DNA of 64,000 bases, taken from positions 416,001 through 480,000 of the forward strand of contig CAWIIB010000009.1 in assembly GCA_963836075.1 (NCBI GenBank). The letters run 5' to 3'. Positions 20,367 through 31,600 of this stretch are shown piece after piece; the first letter of the stretch is position 1; every line of letters begins with the position of its first letter. The position numbers and the translations under genes are program-made. Source of the DNA: an uncultured Acidobacteriota bacterium. GTDB lineage: Bacteria > Acidobacteriota > JAQAZP01. Below the pieces are notes generated by a model that worked only from the letters and a program-made list of their open reading frames with translations, had not been told where the DNA came from and made no database searches.

Positions 20367-20430
20367 ACCCCGCAGCCGGGCGGTCTGCTCGCCGAGGGCC
20401 ACGCCGTAGGCTTCGCGGGCCTGGTCCAGG
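20367..20430 (-). repeat. Degenerate, internally deleted copy of hydantoinase B 3' end (copy C)
   Basis: ccacgccgtaggcttcgcgggcctggtc is identical to the intact gene; preceded by ccccgcagccg. Confidence 0.8.
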
Positions 20431-20464
20431 CCTCGACACACCGGCCCGACAATGAGGTTGTCCG

Positions 20465-20776
20465 CTACAGGTCGAGGGCAAAGATGACCGCCCGGCCGAC
20501 CTCCGCCATTTGCCTGGCGGACAGTTCAGTGATCCGGGATCCGATCTTTTTCCTGGAGACGGTCTGGAGGTGGTCGAGGTTGACGGCGCAGTCCCGTTTC
20601 ATTCCTTCGGCCTTGTCGAGGAAAACTTCGCTGGGGATATCCCGGATCGTGGTGGTGATCGGTGCAATGGTGACCTCACCGAGGTGTTCGATGATGGAGG
20701 TCCGGGTCAGAATAAGGACCGGACGTTTCTTGTCAGGGGATTTGAACCTGTACCAACGGATCTCACCCCTTTTCAT
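20465..20776 (-). CDS. mazF: PemK/MazF-family toxin
   Basis: MKRGEIRW...KKRPVLIL...VTIAPITT...NLDHLQTV. Confidence 0.92.
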   Translation of the reverse strand: MKRGEIRWYRFKSPDKKRPVLILTRTSIIEHLGEVTIAPITTTIRDIPSEVFLDKAEGMKRDCAVNLDHLQTVSRKKIGSRITELSARQMAEVGRAVIFALDL

Positions 20777-21006
20777 TCGTCCCCCCAATCCTGCTCATCC
20801 TCCCAGACCAGGAACTCATCACGAGCCACCGGGTATTTCTCGTATCCCTGCCGGTGCTTCAGCTCGAGCTGCTGCAGATTGAATTTGACGATGGCCTCAC
20901 GGAGGGCTTCGCGGGTGAAGGCCGACCTGGTGGTTTTCAACTTCCTGGCAATCCGGTCGACGGCTTCCACCAGTTCCTCATCGAGGGTCATCTGTACCGT
21001 TCTCAT
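20773..21006 (-). CDS. Ribbon-helix-helix (CopG-like) antitoxin
   Basis: MRTVQMTLDEELVEAVDRIA...TRSAFTREAL; overlaps toxin start. Confidence 0.88.
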   Translation of the reverse strand: MRTVQMTLDEELVEAVDRIARKLKTTRSAFTREALREAIVKFNLQQLELKHRQGYEKYPVARDEFLVWEDEQDWGDE

Positions 21007-21027
21007 CCTGCACCTCGAAAAATGATA

Positions 21028-21065
21028 TTGATATTTATAGCTATAGTAATAGCTATAAATATCAA
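21028..21065. promoter_or_regulatory. AT-rich perfect 17-bp inverted repeat, likely operator of the RHH-MazF operon
   Basis: ttgatatttatagctat-agta-atagctataaatatcaa, 21 bp upstream of the antitoxin ATG. Confidence 0.7.
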
Positions 21066-21067
21066 CG

Positions 21068-21523
21068 TCAAGCAGGATCCAATGCAAATGATTTTGAAGA
21101 TCGGAGGATGTTCTGTTCGCTCTGCTCAGCCCTGTCATCCATACCCTGTTCGTGAAGCGCTCCGATAAATGCGGCCACCATACGCCGGTTGGCGTACACG
21201 CAGCCCTTCGCCTCTTTGCAGTCGGTGCTCTTGATGAAGGTGTCGAGCGGCAGCGCGTTGCCCTCGCGCACCGCGAAACAGGCGTCGAACAGTTTCAGCT
21301 GAGCCTCGTGCACGGCGGGATCGAATTCGAGCATCGTCCTTACCATCAACGACCAGATGGGGGCAAGGTCCTCGATCCCCAAGGTTTCTTTGTGCGGAGT
21401 CCAGGTGTAGCTCCAAGTCTTGCCCGGGTCGAGGTTCAACCTGCCGGCCCGCCGGTTGCTGTAAAAGGCGCCCCCGGCCAGCAGCACGTTGATAGACGAT
21501 TTGCAGATCATCTGCACATCCAC
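21068..21523 (-). CDS. Hypothetical protein or gene fragment
   Basis: 151 aa ORF filling the gap; no family recognised. Confidence 0.3.
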   Translation of the reverse strand: MDVQMICKSSINVLLAGGAFYSNRRAGRLNLDPGKTWSYTWTPHKETLGIEDLAPIWSLMVRTMLEFDPAVHEAQLKLFDACFAVREGNALPLDTFIKSTDCKEAKGCVYANRRMVAAFIGALHEQGMDDRAEQSEQNILRSSKSFALDPA

Positions 21524-21568
21524 CGTGTTTAAGCCGGCGAGATTTCCTCAGAAATCACGGCTGTTCAA

Positions 21569-22498
21569 TTACGGAGTTGCAGCGGTAACCGTGCAGGCGA
21601 CACTGTCCGTGTCACCGGCAGCCGAATAGGGCGGCTGATTGTATGGAGCAGGTGTAACATCCTCGACGACCAACTGGAAAAGATTGTCGCCGATCACCAT
21701 ACCAATCGCCGGAATGTTTTGGAGCCAGGAGGTGGAATAGCTCGCTCCTGACGGCAGGTTTGTAAAACCAGCCCGCCAATTCGGATACGATGTACCGCTG
21801 GCAAGGTCAACATCGATGCGGGCCGCAAAGCGCCGGGACTGTTCGAGGTACAGGTTTTCCAGATTGATCGTCAGTTGAGTGCTGAACGGAACAATACCTG
21901 TAGATGGTTCGCAATTCAGGGTGGCCCGCACCGTTGATGTCTTGGTCACGGTTGCTTCCAGGCCGGTATTCCCGAAGGCGTACCCGCCATAAACGACGAA
22001 GTCCAGCGACGAGCCGGCAGCTGTCGATACATCCAGATTGAAGGCACCGGCATCGGTTGTCTGCCAGAGCCATTCGGATCCTTGTCTTATCCCAACCTGC
22101 ATAAGTCCGGAATCACCGGCGAGGAACTGACCGACGACGCTGAAAGAACCGGACGCAGGCGCGGTCCAGCGAACCACAGACGGGGCATGGTTGGCGCGCG
22201 GATGCAGTGCGACGTCTCCTGGTTGAATTCCATGAATTTCGCCCCCGCTGTCGTTTCTCCACACTTCGGGAGGGTGGGCTTCCGGATACCACACCGGGCA
22301 GGTCCCATACACGATTTCGGTGCTGGTAAACGGTGTGAAGTAAGAAAAGTCGATGGGCATTTCACCATAGGTCCAGACACCATTCGGATTTCCATTATCG
22401 ATACTGAAATCCGCGCATACATCGTGGATCATGTCGGCTTTCACAGGCATCACCAACAAAACGGACAATACAACTACGACCGCTGCCGGCTTGTTCAT
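21569..22498 (-). CDS. Secreted protein with conserved C-terminal PAPYNQPPY domain
   Basis: Signal peptide ending VKA, beta-rich domain (DFSIDNGNPNGVWTYG), C-terminal domain at 21569-21934; RBS aggag. Confidence 0.85.
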   Translation of the reverse strand: MNKPAAVVVVLSVLLVMPVKADMIHDVCADFSIDNGNPNGVWTYGEMPIDFSYFTPFTSTEIVYGTCPVWYPEAHPPEVWRNDSGGEIHGIQPGDVALHPRANHAPSVVRWTAPASGSFSVVGQFLAGDSGLMQVGIRQGSEWLWQTTDAGAFNLDVSTAAGSSLDFVVYGGYAFGNTGLEATVTKTSTVRATLNCEPSTGIVPFSTQLTINLENLYLEQSRRFAARIDVDLASGTSYPNWRAGFTNLPSGASYSTSWLQNIPAIGMVIGDNLFQLVVEDVTPAPYNQPPYSAAGDTDSVACTVTAATP

Positions 22499-22915
22499 GA
22501 GGGACTCCTTCCTTTTTGCGAATCGTGCATCGTACTGGTTCGGGAACTATCATCAGGTTCAATCAATGGGGACGGGGATCGTCCAACCACCGGAAGCGGT
22601 CGCCGGAGCCGCCCCTCCCGCGGAAGTTCCCGACGATTCGAATCATTCGTCTACTCAGTAACGCGATGTTGAGATGGAATTCACGACAGGGGAATGCAGG
22701 TGTTTCCCGATGATTGACACGAAAAAGGGCAAAGGCTTGTACCGCGGCCCTTGGTGGCCGCGGATTTCAGCAATTTCTTAATCCCGCTGGCTGGCCACTC
22801 CCTCCGCATCATGGTGAAACTCATGTCGACTCTCTCTCGGTCTCCCCCTCAGGAACGGCCGTCCGTTCAAAGCTTGTATAATGAGGGATCATCCTTGATG
22901 GAAAATAATCCCTGA

Positions 22916-23500
22916 ATGTTCGATGGGGGATACAAGATTTTGGCAGCGACTCGTTCTACTGAATGGAAGGCCACGGTGGAGGCGCTCTATCGCAAGCACC
23001 ACCGGCTGCTGATCAGCAAGGCCTGGCAGTCCCTGAGGGACAAGAACCGGGTGGTGGACCTGGTTCAACAGGTGTTCACCAACCTGCTGGCCGCTGATCG
23101 AAATTTGGCTGGCAACGGCGAGGCGGAAAAATACCTCTTCACCGCCTTCCGCAACCTGCTGGTGGACCAGATCCGCCGGGGCAGCCGTTGGAAATACAGC
23201 TCGATCGAGGATGTCAATCCAAGCCGGGTGGCCTCCGACGCGCACCAGGAGGAGGAACTGATCAGCGAGCGGATGAGCGGTCGGGAACTGCCGCTGCCCC
23301 CGAAGCAGAAACGGGTCTTCGAAATGGCCTATTTCGAAGGGAAGAAGGACCGGGAAATTGCCGACGAACTGAAAATCAACATCCACACCCTTCAGCAGAG
23401 CCTGGTGCGCTCGCGACGGATGCTGGAGGCAATCCTGGTGGAGGAGCGCGGCATGAGCCGCGAGGAAGCGAGACGGCTCTTCTCACGCAAGAAATCGTGA
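22916..23500 (+). CDS. ECF sigma-70 factor
   Basis: Region 2 DLVQQVF...YLFTAFRNLLVDQIRR; region 4 LPPKQKRVFEMAYFEG...EIADEL. Confidence 0.88.
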   Translation: MFDGGYKILAATRSTEWKATVEALYRKHHRLLISKAWQSLRDKNRVVDLVQQVFTNLLAADRNLAGNGEAEKYLFTAFRNLLVDQIRRGSRWKYSSIEDVNPSRVASDAHQEEELISERMSGRELPLPPKQKRVFEMAYFEGKKDREIADELKINIHTLQQSLVRSRRMLEAILVEERGMSREEARRLFSRKKS

Positions 23501-23560
23501 ACCGCTGAAGAGCGCCGTGGCGCGGACGGTGGCACCAGCACACTGAGGACGATCAGGACA

Positions 23561-24298
23561 ATGAGCGAGCTTCGCGAACTCTACGATCAATTGAAGGACG
23601 AGCAAGCCGACTGCCCGCCCGCCGAGACGATACGGCGGCATACGGAGGGTCGCCTGGAAGGTGCTGAGGCCCGCCGGGTGGCTTTCCACCTCGCCGACTG
23701 TGCCAACTGTGTGGGAATGCTGGAACGGCTCGATCCGGCCGACCCGCCTGACCTGCCTGCCGACCTGGGCGATGAGATGGCCGCCGAGATCGGCCGTCGT
23801 CTCGGTTTCGACACCGAAGAGCGAACCACAGAAGCCGGCGGACGGCTCGGACGCCTGCTGGGATTCCGGGTGCCGGCTCTGGTGCCGCTGGCCGTGGCCG
23901 CCCTGGCCCTGGCTTTATTCTGGTGGGTGGGTGGTTCGGTTCAACCGGCTGGCGATGCTCCGGAGGTGATCCGCCAGCTGCCCATCTTCACCATCGACCA
24001 GACACTGGCCCGCTCCCCAGGGAATGCGGAAGCCGGGCCGACCGTCACCACCGGTGAGCCGTTCGTCCTGGAGGTCTTTCTCGACCGTCTCGACCTGGAG
24101 CCAGGGGATCGGTTGCGCTTCGTCGTCACCGACCCGACCGCTGCCACGGTGCTCGACGGCGATACCGTCGTGCTACTGGACTACAATGTTCGCTTGGCCC
24201 TCACCTTCAGCAAGCCCGGCACCTACCAGGTCATGCTCGAGGATGCCGGAGGCCGTGAAGTGGAACGGGTGACGGCCGAGGTGACAACGGCGGAATAG
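23561..24298 (+). CDS. Zinc-finger (zf-HC2) transmembrane anti-sigma factor
   Basis: CP...HLADCANC, one TM helix, C-terminal beta-sandwich-like region; directly after the ECF sigma. Confidence 0.85.
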   Translation: MSELRELYDQLKDEQADCPPAETIRRHTEGRLEGAEARRVAFHLADCANCVGMLERLDPADPPDLPADLGDEMAAEIGRRLGFDTEERTTEAGGRLGRLLGFRVPALVPLAVAALALALFWWVGGSVQPAGDAPEVIRQLPIFTIDQTLARSPGNAEAGPTVTTGEPFVLEVFLDRLDLEPGDRLRFVVTDPTAATVLDGDTVVLLDYNVRLALTFSKPGTYQVMLEDAGGREVERVTAEVTTAE

Positions 24299-24363
24299 GC
24301 CGTTGTCCCGGCAAGGCCACAAGAAGGGGATGATGAACCTCGGTTGCGGTGATGAATCCACTT

Positions 24364-27300
24364 CTATCCCGGATCGCCGAGCAGGATGAAGGCCGCCCAG
24401 AAGTGGGGATCGGCGAATGGCCGGTAGCCTCCCGGTGCCCCGCCCACCGCATCCCCGCCGGGACCACGATCGGTGTTGTCAGCCAACTCGGCGCCCATGG
24501 AGCGCAGCTCCCTGCCGGTCACGTTGGCCAACCACTGTTTCGCCTCCTGCAGCGCCAGGGCCCGGGGAACCCTCTGCCCGGGTCTGAACCGCCGGTCGCC
24601 CACAATACGCTGTTCGGGGAACTTTCCCAACACGTTCTCGTAAAAGCGCGTCATCAGCAGCATGGTGGCCTGGTCATTGACCTTCCATAGGCTGAGCAGC
24701 AGGCTGCGCGCCCCGGCGATGAACATCGCCTGGGAGAAGCCGAGATAACCTTCACCCCCTGTTTCGCGGCCCAGGGCCGTCTCACATCCGCTGAGCGTCA
24801 CCAGCTCAGCGTCCAGGTCCCAGGTGCGGACGATCTGTTCGCCGGTGAGCCGGCCGTCATACACCATGCCGCCGGCGGATTGATCTACCGTGCGGGCCAG
24901 GATCAGCGCGGACTGCAGGGCCATCCGGTCATTCATCACCCCATGGGTGGCCAGGTGGATCACCCCGAATTGTTTCAATGTGCCGGCGGTGGACAGCTCG
25001 GCCAGCCGTTGCTCACTTGCCTCCTGCCCCAGCAGAACTTCATTGCTGCTCTTTGATTCCCCTGCAGTCTGGAAGAGACCGGCAATGGTTTCCACCTCGC
25101 GGCGGCTCCCGGGAAGCCGCCGGAAAGACTGATGGCGAGTCGGGCCCAAAGCAGCATCCATTTCACGTTGCACAAGCAGTGCCTCGGGCATCGGCTCCTG
25201 GGACGGCCGCAGACCGAGGCGCCCGTGCGAAAGCTCGAGCTCATGGGTCTCGCCGTCCCGCCACACGGTGATTGGAATCACTGGCGGATTTTCGGTCGCT
25301 TCACCAGCCGGCTGCGCGTTTTGCACCTTTTGCATGACCGGTCCGAGATCCGCGGCCGATCCCAGCGATTCCCCGCCGTAGGACAGGAGTACATCCCCTT
25401 CCCGAATCCCGCCGCGGTAAGCGGCCGAGTCGTCCATCACCATGGCCACCAGCACACCATGATCCGGCAGTTCCGCCGGGGCGGTCTTGATTCCGGGAAC
25501 GCTGCCGAAATCGGGGTCGCCAAGGGCCAGGAGCCGCGGAGGATCGGCAGCCAAAGGCGATGCCGCAGGCGCCCGCTTTTCCCGCAGCCAGGCATACATG
25601 GTGCCCGAGGGGGCATAGCTGACGGTGAAAGACGCGTCCAGGGCCTCGATGGGGATTCCGGACATCGCCCCGGCCGGGAGAACGATCAGGTGCTCAACGT
25701 CACCGAGGTGCGGCAGAAGCGGGGCCAGTCTTTGGCCCTTTAAACGGTCGAGGATCGCCCGATTCCGCCTCAAGGCGGACCGCCGCTGGGGCCGGCCCAG
25801 TATCTGGCGCACCCGGCTGGTCAGTCCGTCATCCGCCTCCGTCCAGGCCCCGCCCTCGCCACTGCCGGCCAGCCGCACCCAGGCCGGTGCTCCGGTCCGC
25901 CGCACCGCGCAGGCCCAGTGCTCGCCGTTGGGGTCGGCAGCGTGCGGTCCGGCGGCGATGTCCACCCAACCCACCAGGGCCGCATTCTCCGGCAATGATT
26001 TCCGGATGCGGTCCAGCTCGAAGACCTCGCCGGCCGCGGGCCCATAGCGCTCAGCCAGTTCGGCCTGGAACCGGGCCAGCTCGGCTTGCAGCCGGACCTG
26101 CTCGCCGCGCAAACGCTCGAACTCGCCCCCAGCCGATTCCTCGGCTCCGACTGCCGCACCGAGTTTCTCCTCGAGCCGGCTCAGCTTGCCGATGAGGCTG
26201 CTCTCCCGGTCCCGCTCGGCAGCGGTGAGCGAACGGGCGTACCGCGCCGAGATAGCGTCCAGCAAACCGCGGGCCTGGTTCTCCTCGAAGGCCGACCAGG
26301 CCGGTCCTGGTTTTTTATTTCGTGCCAGGCAAGCGGCCAGCGGCGCCAGCGGTGAAACCTGCTCGGCAAAATAGGCCCGCTCCAGGCCACCGGCGCTGAC
26401 CCGCAGCCTCGCCGTCTCGAAAACCGCCGCCGACTCCCGCCACAGCGATTCGGCCGCCTGGTACTCGCCAATGCCGGCCTTCAACCGCGCCAGGGAGTTG
26501 AGGCTGAGCATCACGTCGGGATGATCGTCGCCCAATACCCGGCGGCGGCCGTCCAGCTCCTTGCGGAAGAATCCCTCCGCCGTCTGGAATTCACCGCGGG
26601 CCAGGTGGAGGTGCCCCATCCTGCCCAGCGCCGACAGGGTGCGGGGATTGTTCTGCCCCAAAGCCCGCCGGTAACCGTCCAGCGAATGCTGGTAGAGTTG
26701 CTCGGCCTCGCCCAAATTGCCGCGGGCCTCGAGCACCAGCCCGAGATTCCCCTGAGAGTCGCAGACTTCCGGATGCCCTTGTTCCAACACCCGACGGCGG
26801 GTGTCGAGCGCCTGGCGCAAGAGGGATTCAGCCTCGCCATACTCCCCGAGCCGGTAGCGCAGAATGCCGAGGCTGTCCAGGGTACGAAGCGTTTGCGGAT
26901 GTTCCGGTCCCAGCGCCTGCCGCCGGTTGCGAAGGGTGATCTCCTGCACTTCCGCCGCCTCTTCCACCCGCCCCTGGTATTCCAACAGCCGGGCCAGGTT
27001 GTGCATCGAGGAGAGCGTGTTCGGGTGCCGGTCGCCCACTGTCCGCCGGTCCCCCTCCAACGCTTCCAGCTGCAGCGCCTCCGCCTCGGCCATCCGGCCC
27101 TGGGCCTTGAGCAGGCCGGCCAGGTTGAGGATGGTGGTCAGGGTCTGCGAGTGGTCTTCACCCAGGACTTTTCGGTTGGTGGTCATGGCTTCACGCATGA
27201 GCACTTCGGCTTCGGTGAACCGGCCCTGCAGTTTGATCACCAGGCCCAGGTTGGCGATGGTTGACAATGTCGAGGGATGCTCATCACCCAGCAGGCGACG

Positions 27301-28179
27301 GTTGGTCTCCATCGCCGTCCGGAGAAATGACTCCGCCTCCTCGTACTGGTTCAACTGGACCAGCAGGGCCCCAAGGTTGTTGCAGGTGCTGGCGGTGCTG
27401 CGGTGCTCCCTCCCCAGAAATCGCCGACGATCCTCCAGGTTCTTGCGGTAGATCACTTCCGCTTCGGCGTATCGCCCCATTCTGTCCAACAGGTGGCCCA
27501 TGTTGTTTTGAAAAGTCATGGTGGCCGGGTGGTCTTCGCCAAGGACCACCTGGGAGTTTTCCATGGCCTCGCGATAGTATGGTTCGGCCTTTTCCAGTTG
27601 GCCCATTCTTTTGTAAAGCGCCCCGAGACGATAGACCGAATTCAGTGTTTTTTCATGATCCTTGCCAAAGACCTGCCGCCGGCCGGCAAGCGCCTTTACA
27701 AACAGCGGCTCCGCTTCTTCGAATTTGTTCTGCATATTTAAGGCATGCCCCAGTGCATTCATGGCCGCGAGCCGTCGCGGGTGCTTCTCATCCAACAACC
27801 GTTCCCAACCGGCCAGGGCCTGCCGGAGCAGAGGCTCAGCCTCGGCGTACTTGCTTTCATGCTCGGCGAGGGCGACACCGAGATTTTGCAGGGCCTCGAG
27901 GGTCAGGGGATCGTCGTCTCCCAGCGCCCCGCGCCGCAGCTCCAGCTGTTCGCGGCACGGCTCGATGGCCTCGATGGCATTACCCGCCTCGACCAGCTCC
28001 ACCATCTGCGCGGTGAGCGCTTCGTCCCGCTGTGCGTCCTCCTCAACGAGCAGGCCCACCACCGGCAGGATGTCTTCCACTTCAGACGCCGGTTGAGCAT
28101 CGGCCCGGCAAAACCAGCAGGGATTTAAAAAGGAAAGGAACAGGGAAAACGCCGCCAGGGGGATGAGCGTCTTTTTCAT
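24364..28179 (-). CDS. Exported TPR-CHAT (caspase-like) protease with PDZ insert
   Basis: Signal peptide MKKTLIP...ADA, many LGxxHPxTL TPRs, IHLATHG and LVTLSGCET dyad, SAAYRGGIREGDVLLSY PDZ-like segment, PHFWAAFILLG end. Confidence 0.92.
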   Translation of the reverse strand: MKKTLIPLAAFSLFLSFLNPCWFCRADAQPASEVEDILPVVGLLVEEDAQRDEALTAQMVELVEAGNAIEAIEPCREQLELRRGALGDDDPLTLEALQNLGVALAEHESKYAEAEPLLRQALAGWERLLDEKHPRRLAAMNALGHALNMQNKFEEAEPLFVKALAGRRQVFGKDHEKTLNSVYRLGALYKRMGQLEKAEPYYREAMENSQVVLGEDHPATMTFQNNMGHLLDRMGRYAEAEVIYRKNLEDRRRFLGREHRSTASTCNNLGALLVQLNQYEEAESFLRTAMETNRRLLGDEHPSTLSTIANLGLVIKLQGRFTEAEVLMREAMTTNRKVLGEDHSQTLTTILNLAGLLKAQGRMAEAEALQLEALEGDRRTVGDRHPNTLSSMHNLARLLEYQGRVEEAAEVQEITLRNRRQALGPEHPQTLRTLDSLGILRYRLGEYGEAESLLRQALDTRRRVLEQGHPEVCDSQGNLGLVLEARGNLGEAEQLYQHSLDGYRRALGQNNPRTLSALGRMGHLHLARGEFQTAEGFFRKELDGRRRVLGDDHPDVMLSLNSLARLKAGIGEYQAAESLWRESAAVFETARLRVSAGGLERAYFAEQVSPLAPLAACLARNKKPGPAWSAFEENQARGLLDAISARYARSLTAAERDRESSLIGKLSRLEEKLGAAVGAEESAGGEFERLRGEQVRLQAELARFQAELAERYGPAAGEVFELDRIRKSLPENAALVGWVDIAAGPHAADPNGEHWACAVRRTGAPAWVRLAGSGEGGAWTEADDGLTSRVRQILGRPQRRSALRRNRAILDRLKGQRLAPLLPHLGDVEHLIVLPAGAMSGIPIEALDASFTVSYAPSGTMYAWLREKRAPAASPLAADPPRLLALGDPDFGSVPGIKTAPAELPDHGVLVAMVMDDSAAYRGGIREGDVLLSYGGESLGSAADLGPVMQKVQNAQPAGEATENPPVIPITVWRDGETHELELSHGRLGLRPSQEPMPEALLVQREMDAALGPTRHQSFRRLPGSRREVETIAGLFQTAGESKSSNEVLLGQEASEQRLAELSTAGTLKQFGVIHLATHGVMNDRMALQSALILARTVDQSAGGMVYDGRLTGEQIVRTWDLDAELVTLSGCETALGRETGGEGYLGFSQAMFIAGARSLLLSLWKVNDQATMLLMTRFYENVLGKFPEQRIVGDRRFRPGQRVPRALALQEAKQWLANVTGRELRSMGAELADNTDRGPGGDAVGGAPGGYRPFADPHFWAAFILLGDPG

Positions 28180-28309
28180 CACACACCTCGTGCAGTAATT
28201 CGGAAATTGAATCGAGGCGAAATGTGTTGGTGTGTCAATGGTATTCGAAAGGTGGGGGAAAAGCGAACGGCCCGCCGGCACCCCGAAGGGCGCCGGCGGG
28301 AAATGCAGG

Positions 28310-31300
28310 TCAGGGCACGGTGACCTGCAAAAATGCGGCATCAGAGTCCACGTCACCCGAGGGCGGGTATGGCGGCTGGTTGTACGGCGCCGGGGTCACG
28401 TCCTCGGCCAGCAGGACAAAGCGATTTTCGCCCTTCAGCATCTGCAGCGCCGGGATGTTCTGGTTCCAGGAAGCGGTAAAGCTCTCCAGCGGGGCGATGT
28501 TGGTGAAGCCCGCCCGCCAGTTGGGGAAGTAGCCGCCGCCGGCCAAAGTCACATTGATCCGACTGGCGATCCGCCTGGTGATCCCCTCGTACTGGTTGGT
28601 CAGCGTGGCCTGCATGTTGGTGGTGAATGGAGCAACCCCCTGGGCCGGCGTGCAGGAAAAGGAGCCGGAAACGGTGGGCAGGCCGCTGCAGATCTCCTCG
28701 TGCTGCACCGCCGGGGTCATGGTCGCCGGGCTCTGGGTGTAGATGCTGAATACCGGGGACTGGGAACTCATGGCATAGGCGAATCCGGATGGGTATTCAA
28801 TGTTGTTGCCGCCTTCCACCTCCCAGATGTAGGGGCAGTCCCCCACCCTGCCGTTACGGTCGGTGTGGAGGAGGAGGATATCGTCTGCCCCAGCACCGAA
28901 AGCCGATGTATAGCCGGCCGCAGCGTACCCGCCATCCGCAGTCTCCAGCACGCCGAGGAGAGCGGTGTCACCGTCACCGTTCACATGATGTATCCACTGC
29001 GGTATTCCTTCGCCGTCAAACTTGGCCAGCACCCCATTGGTATCGAGGACACTGGGGGGCAGGACATACCCAGCGGCGATGATCCCGCCGTCAGCAGTGG
29101 CCCTAAAATCGAAATAGCTCTCACTATCCGGATCGCCGGCTGTTCTGGCCCACATCCTCGCTCCGGTGTCACTGTTGATCTTGACAAAGAACGCGTCTCC
29201 CCCTGCCTGGCCACCCAGGACATAGTGGCCGTCGGGCATGGTGATGATCCCGTAAAAACCTAAGTTATTCCCCACGCCATGCCCACTGCTCCAGCCCACA
29301 TCACCATTGGCGTCGAGCTTGATCACCTGGGAATAAATCGTGGTACCGGCATCGTAGACGCCGGCCAGCAGAATGCCACCGTCAGTGGTACCAATGGCGC
29401 ACCTGGCATTTTCCGTTCGGTTCGTCGCACCCACCGTACGGATCCAGCCGATATCGCTGGCCGCATCGATGGTGAAGACCAGCGCGTCGTATTGATCGAC
29501 TCCCGCAACGCCTGTCGAACCGGCCACAATGTAATCACCATCAGGCATCCGGCGGATCGATCTGAGCACCTCGCTTCTCGGGCTGCCAACGGTTTTGGCC
29601 CAGTTGAGTCCACCCCCGGCGTCGAAACCCATCACCAGTGCATCGGCCTGGCCCACACCAAAGCTGTAAGTATATCCCACCACAATACAGCCATCATCAT
29701 CGGTCACCACCAGATCCAGAGGCGAGTCATAGTCATCCCCGCTGGCCAGGCTGGCCCATTGGAGATTGCCCAGCGCATCGTATTTGATCACCATGACACC
29801 CTGGGACGTACCGGAAGCCGCCGAGGCGACGATGAAACCCCCATCAGAGGTCTGGCCAATGGCCCGTCCCTCATCACCGGCCCACTCACCACTGGCCGCC
29901 AGCCAGTATCGCTTCTCCGGCGGGGAGTATTCGCAGACCAAGCGGGTTGGGCCAGTAGATGAAGGCCCAGTAAAGTTCCGGATCCTCCACACTCAACGCC
30001 GGAGTGGTGATTGTCGGTTCTGTTGCGGTAACCGTAAAGGAGGGGTTGGTGACATCGGGATAGCATCCGGCGCCGTATTCGCAGCCAGGAATGAGACCGT
30101 CCCGGTTGGCCGTCACCAGCAGCATGCCGAGGGGATCGGAGGTGTAATAATGGAAAGTGGCCGTCTCGCCGACCATGAAAACCCCGCCACCGGGCAGTCC
30201 GGTCACTGAATTGGCCGTTTCGGCCTCCTCTCCGCCAAACACCCGGGCCCATTGGTAGGCGCCGTACTGGTCGAAGGTGACCAGGAAGGCATCGGAATCA
30301 CCGAATCCGAAATTGTATGTGGTGCCGGCCACCGCGTAGCCGCCCTCGGCCAGTTCGCAGACCGCGTTTCCGTAGTCACCGTTGGGCGACCCGCCCACGG
30401 TGGAAGCGGTGAGCAGGGAGCCGTTGGCGTCGAAAATAGCAAAAAGCAGGTCCGATGCCCCGCTGCCCTCGGCGGTCTGGCCGGTGAGCACCAGGTCACC
30501 GTTTGAGGCCTCGAGGGCGTCCCGGCCCTGGTCCACGTACTGTTCACCCAGGGTCTCGCCCCAGAGCAGGCCGCCGCTGCTGTCGAAACGGAGGAGGAAG
30601 GCGTCATCGTAACCGGCGCCAAAACTCGAGGTGCTGCCGGCGCATATAAAACCGGCATCCGAGGTGAGCCGGATGGAAGCGATGGAGTCATCCTGCGGAC
30701 CGGAGATCAGCGAGGACCAGCTAAACGTGCCGTCAGCCTGGAATGCCGCCAGGATGGCATCGGCATCCCCGCTGCCGAAACTGTAGGTGTAGCCGGCCAC
30801 CACCAGGTCCCCATCGGGTGTCTCGCAGACACCGGCGGCGCCGTCAGCGCTGCTGCCACCGGCCACACGGGACCATTGCGGGATTCCCGATCCGTCGAAC
30901 TTTATCAGGTAGATGTCGTTGCCACCGGCGCCAAGCATGGTGGTTTGACCAACAATGACGAAGCCGCCATCCGATGTTTCGCATACATCGTAGGCCATGT
31001 CCCAGCCGTCTCCGGCAATGCGGGCCCACTCCACCACTCCCTGGTTGTTCATTTTGACCAGGAGGAACTGTATGGTCCCGGAGTAATCATTGTAGTACAT
31101 GCCGGCCGCCACGGCCCCTCCATCGGAAGTGAGAATACCCTTGCGCCCAAAGTCAGCAGCGATGTCACCAAAGGAACTCATGAAGTAGTGGATCTCGTCA
31201 TCGCGGCTGCCGGCCAGATGCCGGGAATAGGTATCGGTAACATCCTGGAAGGCAATAGCGGCATTGCGAACCGCCAGGTCTTCGCTGACGTCGCGGGCAG

Positions 31301-31415
31301 ACACCGGGGCTGACCCGGATATCGAGTCGGCATGCAACAAGCCCGTGGAGAGCCAACCGTTGCAGCACATCAGCAAACAGGTGAGAAAAAGGCTGATCAG
31401 ATGTTTAGTCTTCAT
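28310..31415 (-). CDS. Large secreted beta-propeller repeat protein with C-terminal PAPYNQPPY domain (frameshift near 29.9-30.0 kb joins two ORFs)
   Basis: Signal peptide from MKTKHLIS; repeated TxDGGxxxAG/FGxGxxD units in both overlapping ORFs; C-terminal domain at 28310-28675. Confidence 0.8.
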
Positions 31416-31600
31416 CGTGCCCGAGCTCCTTGTGATGTATAAAAAACTCAACAAATCGCTACAGGAAGCAGGAACGCACGGCAGCACATTTCTTGTATCG
31501 GGCCGCGGAACTCAGGCCTGCGGCCCGGTTGCTTTGGCCGCCGCGCGATCGGCACGAAGTCAGAGAACGATCACCACGATCCACAACAACCCGGTGAGTG

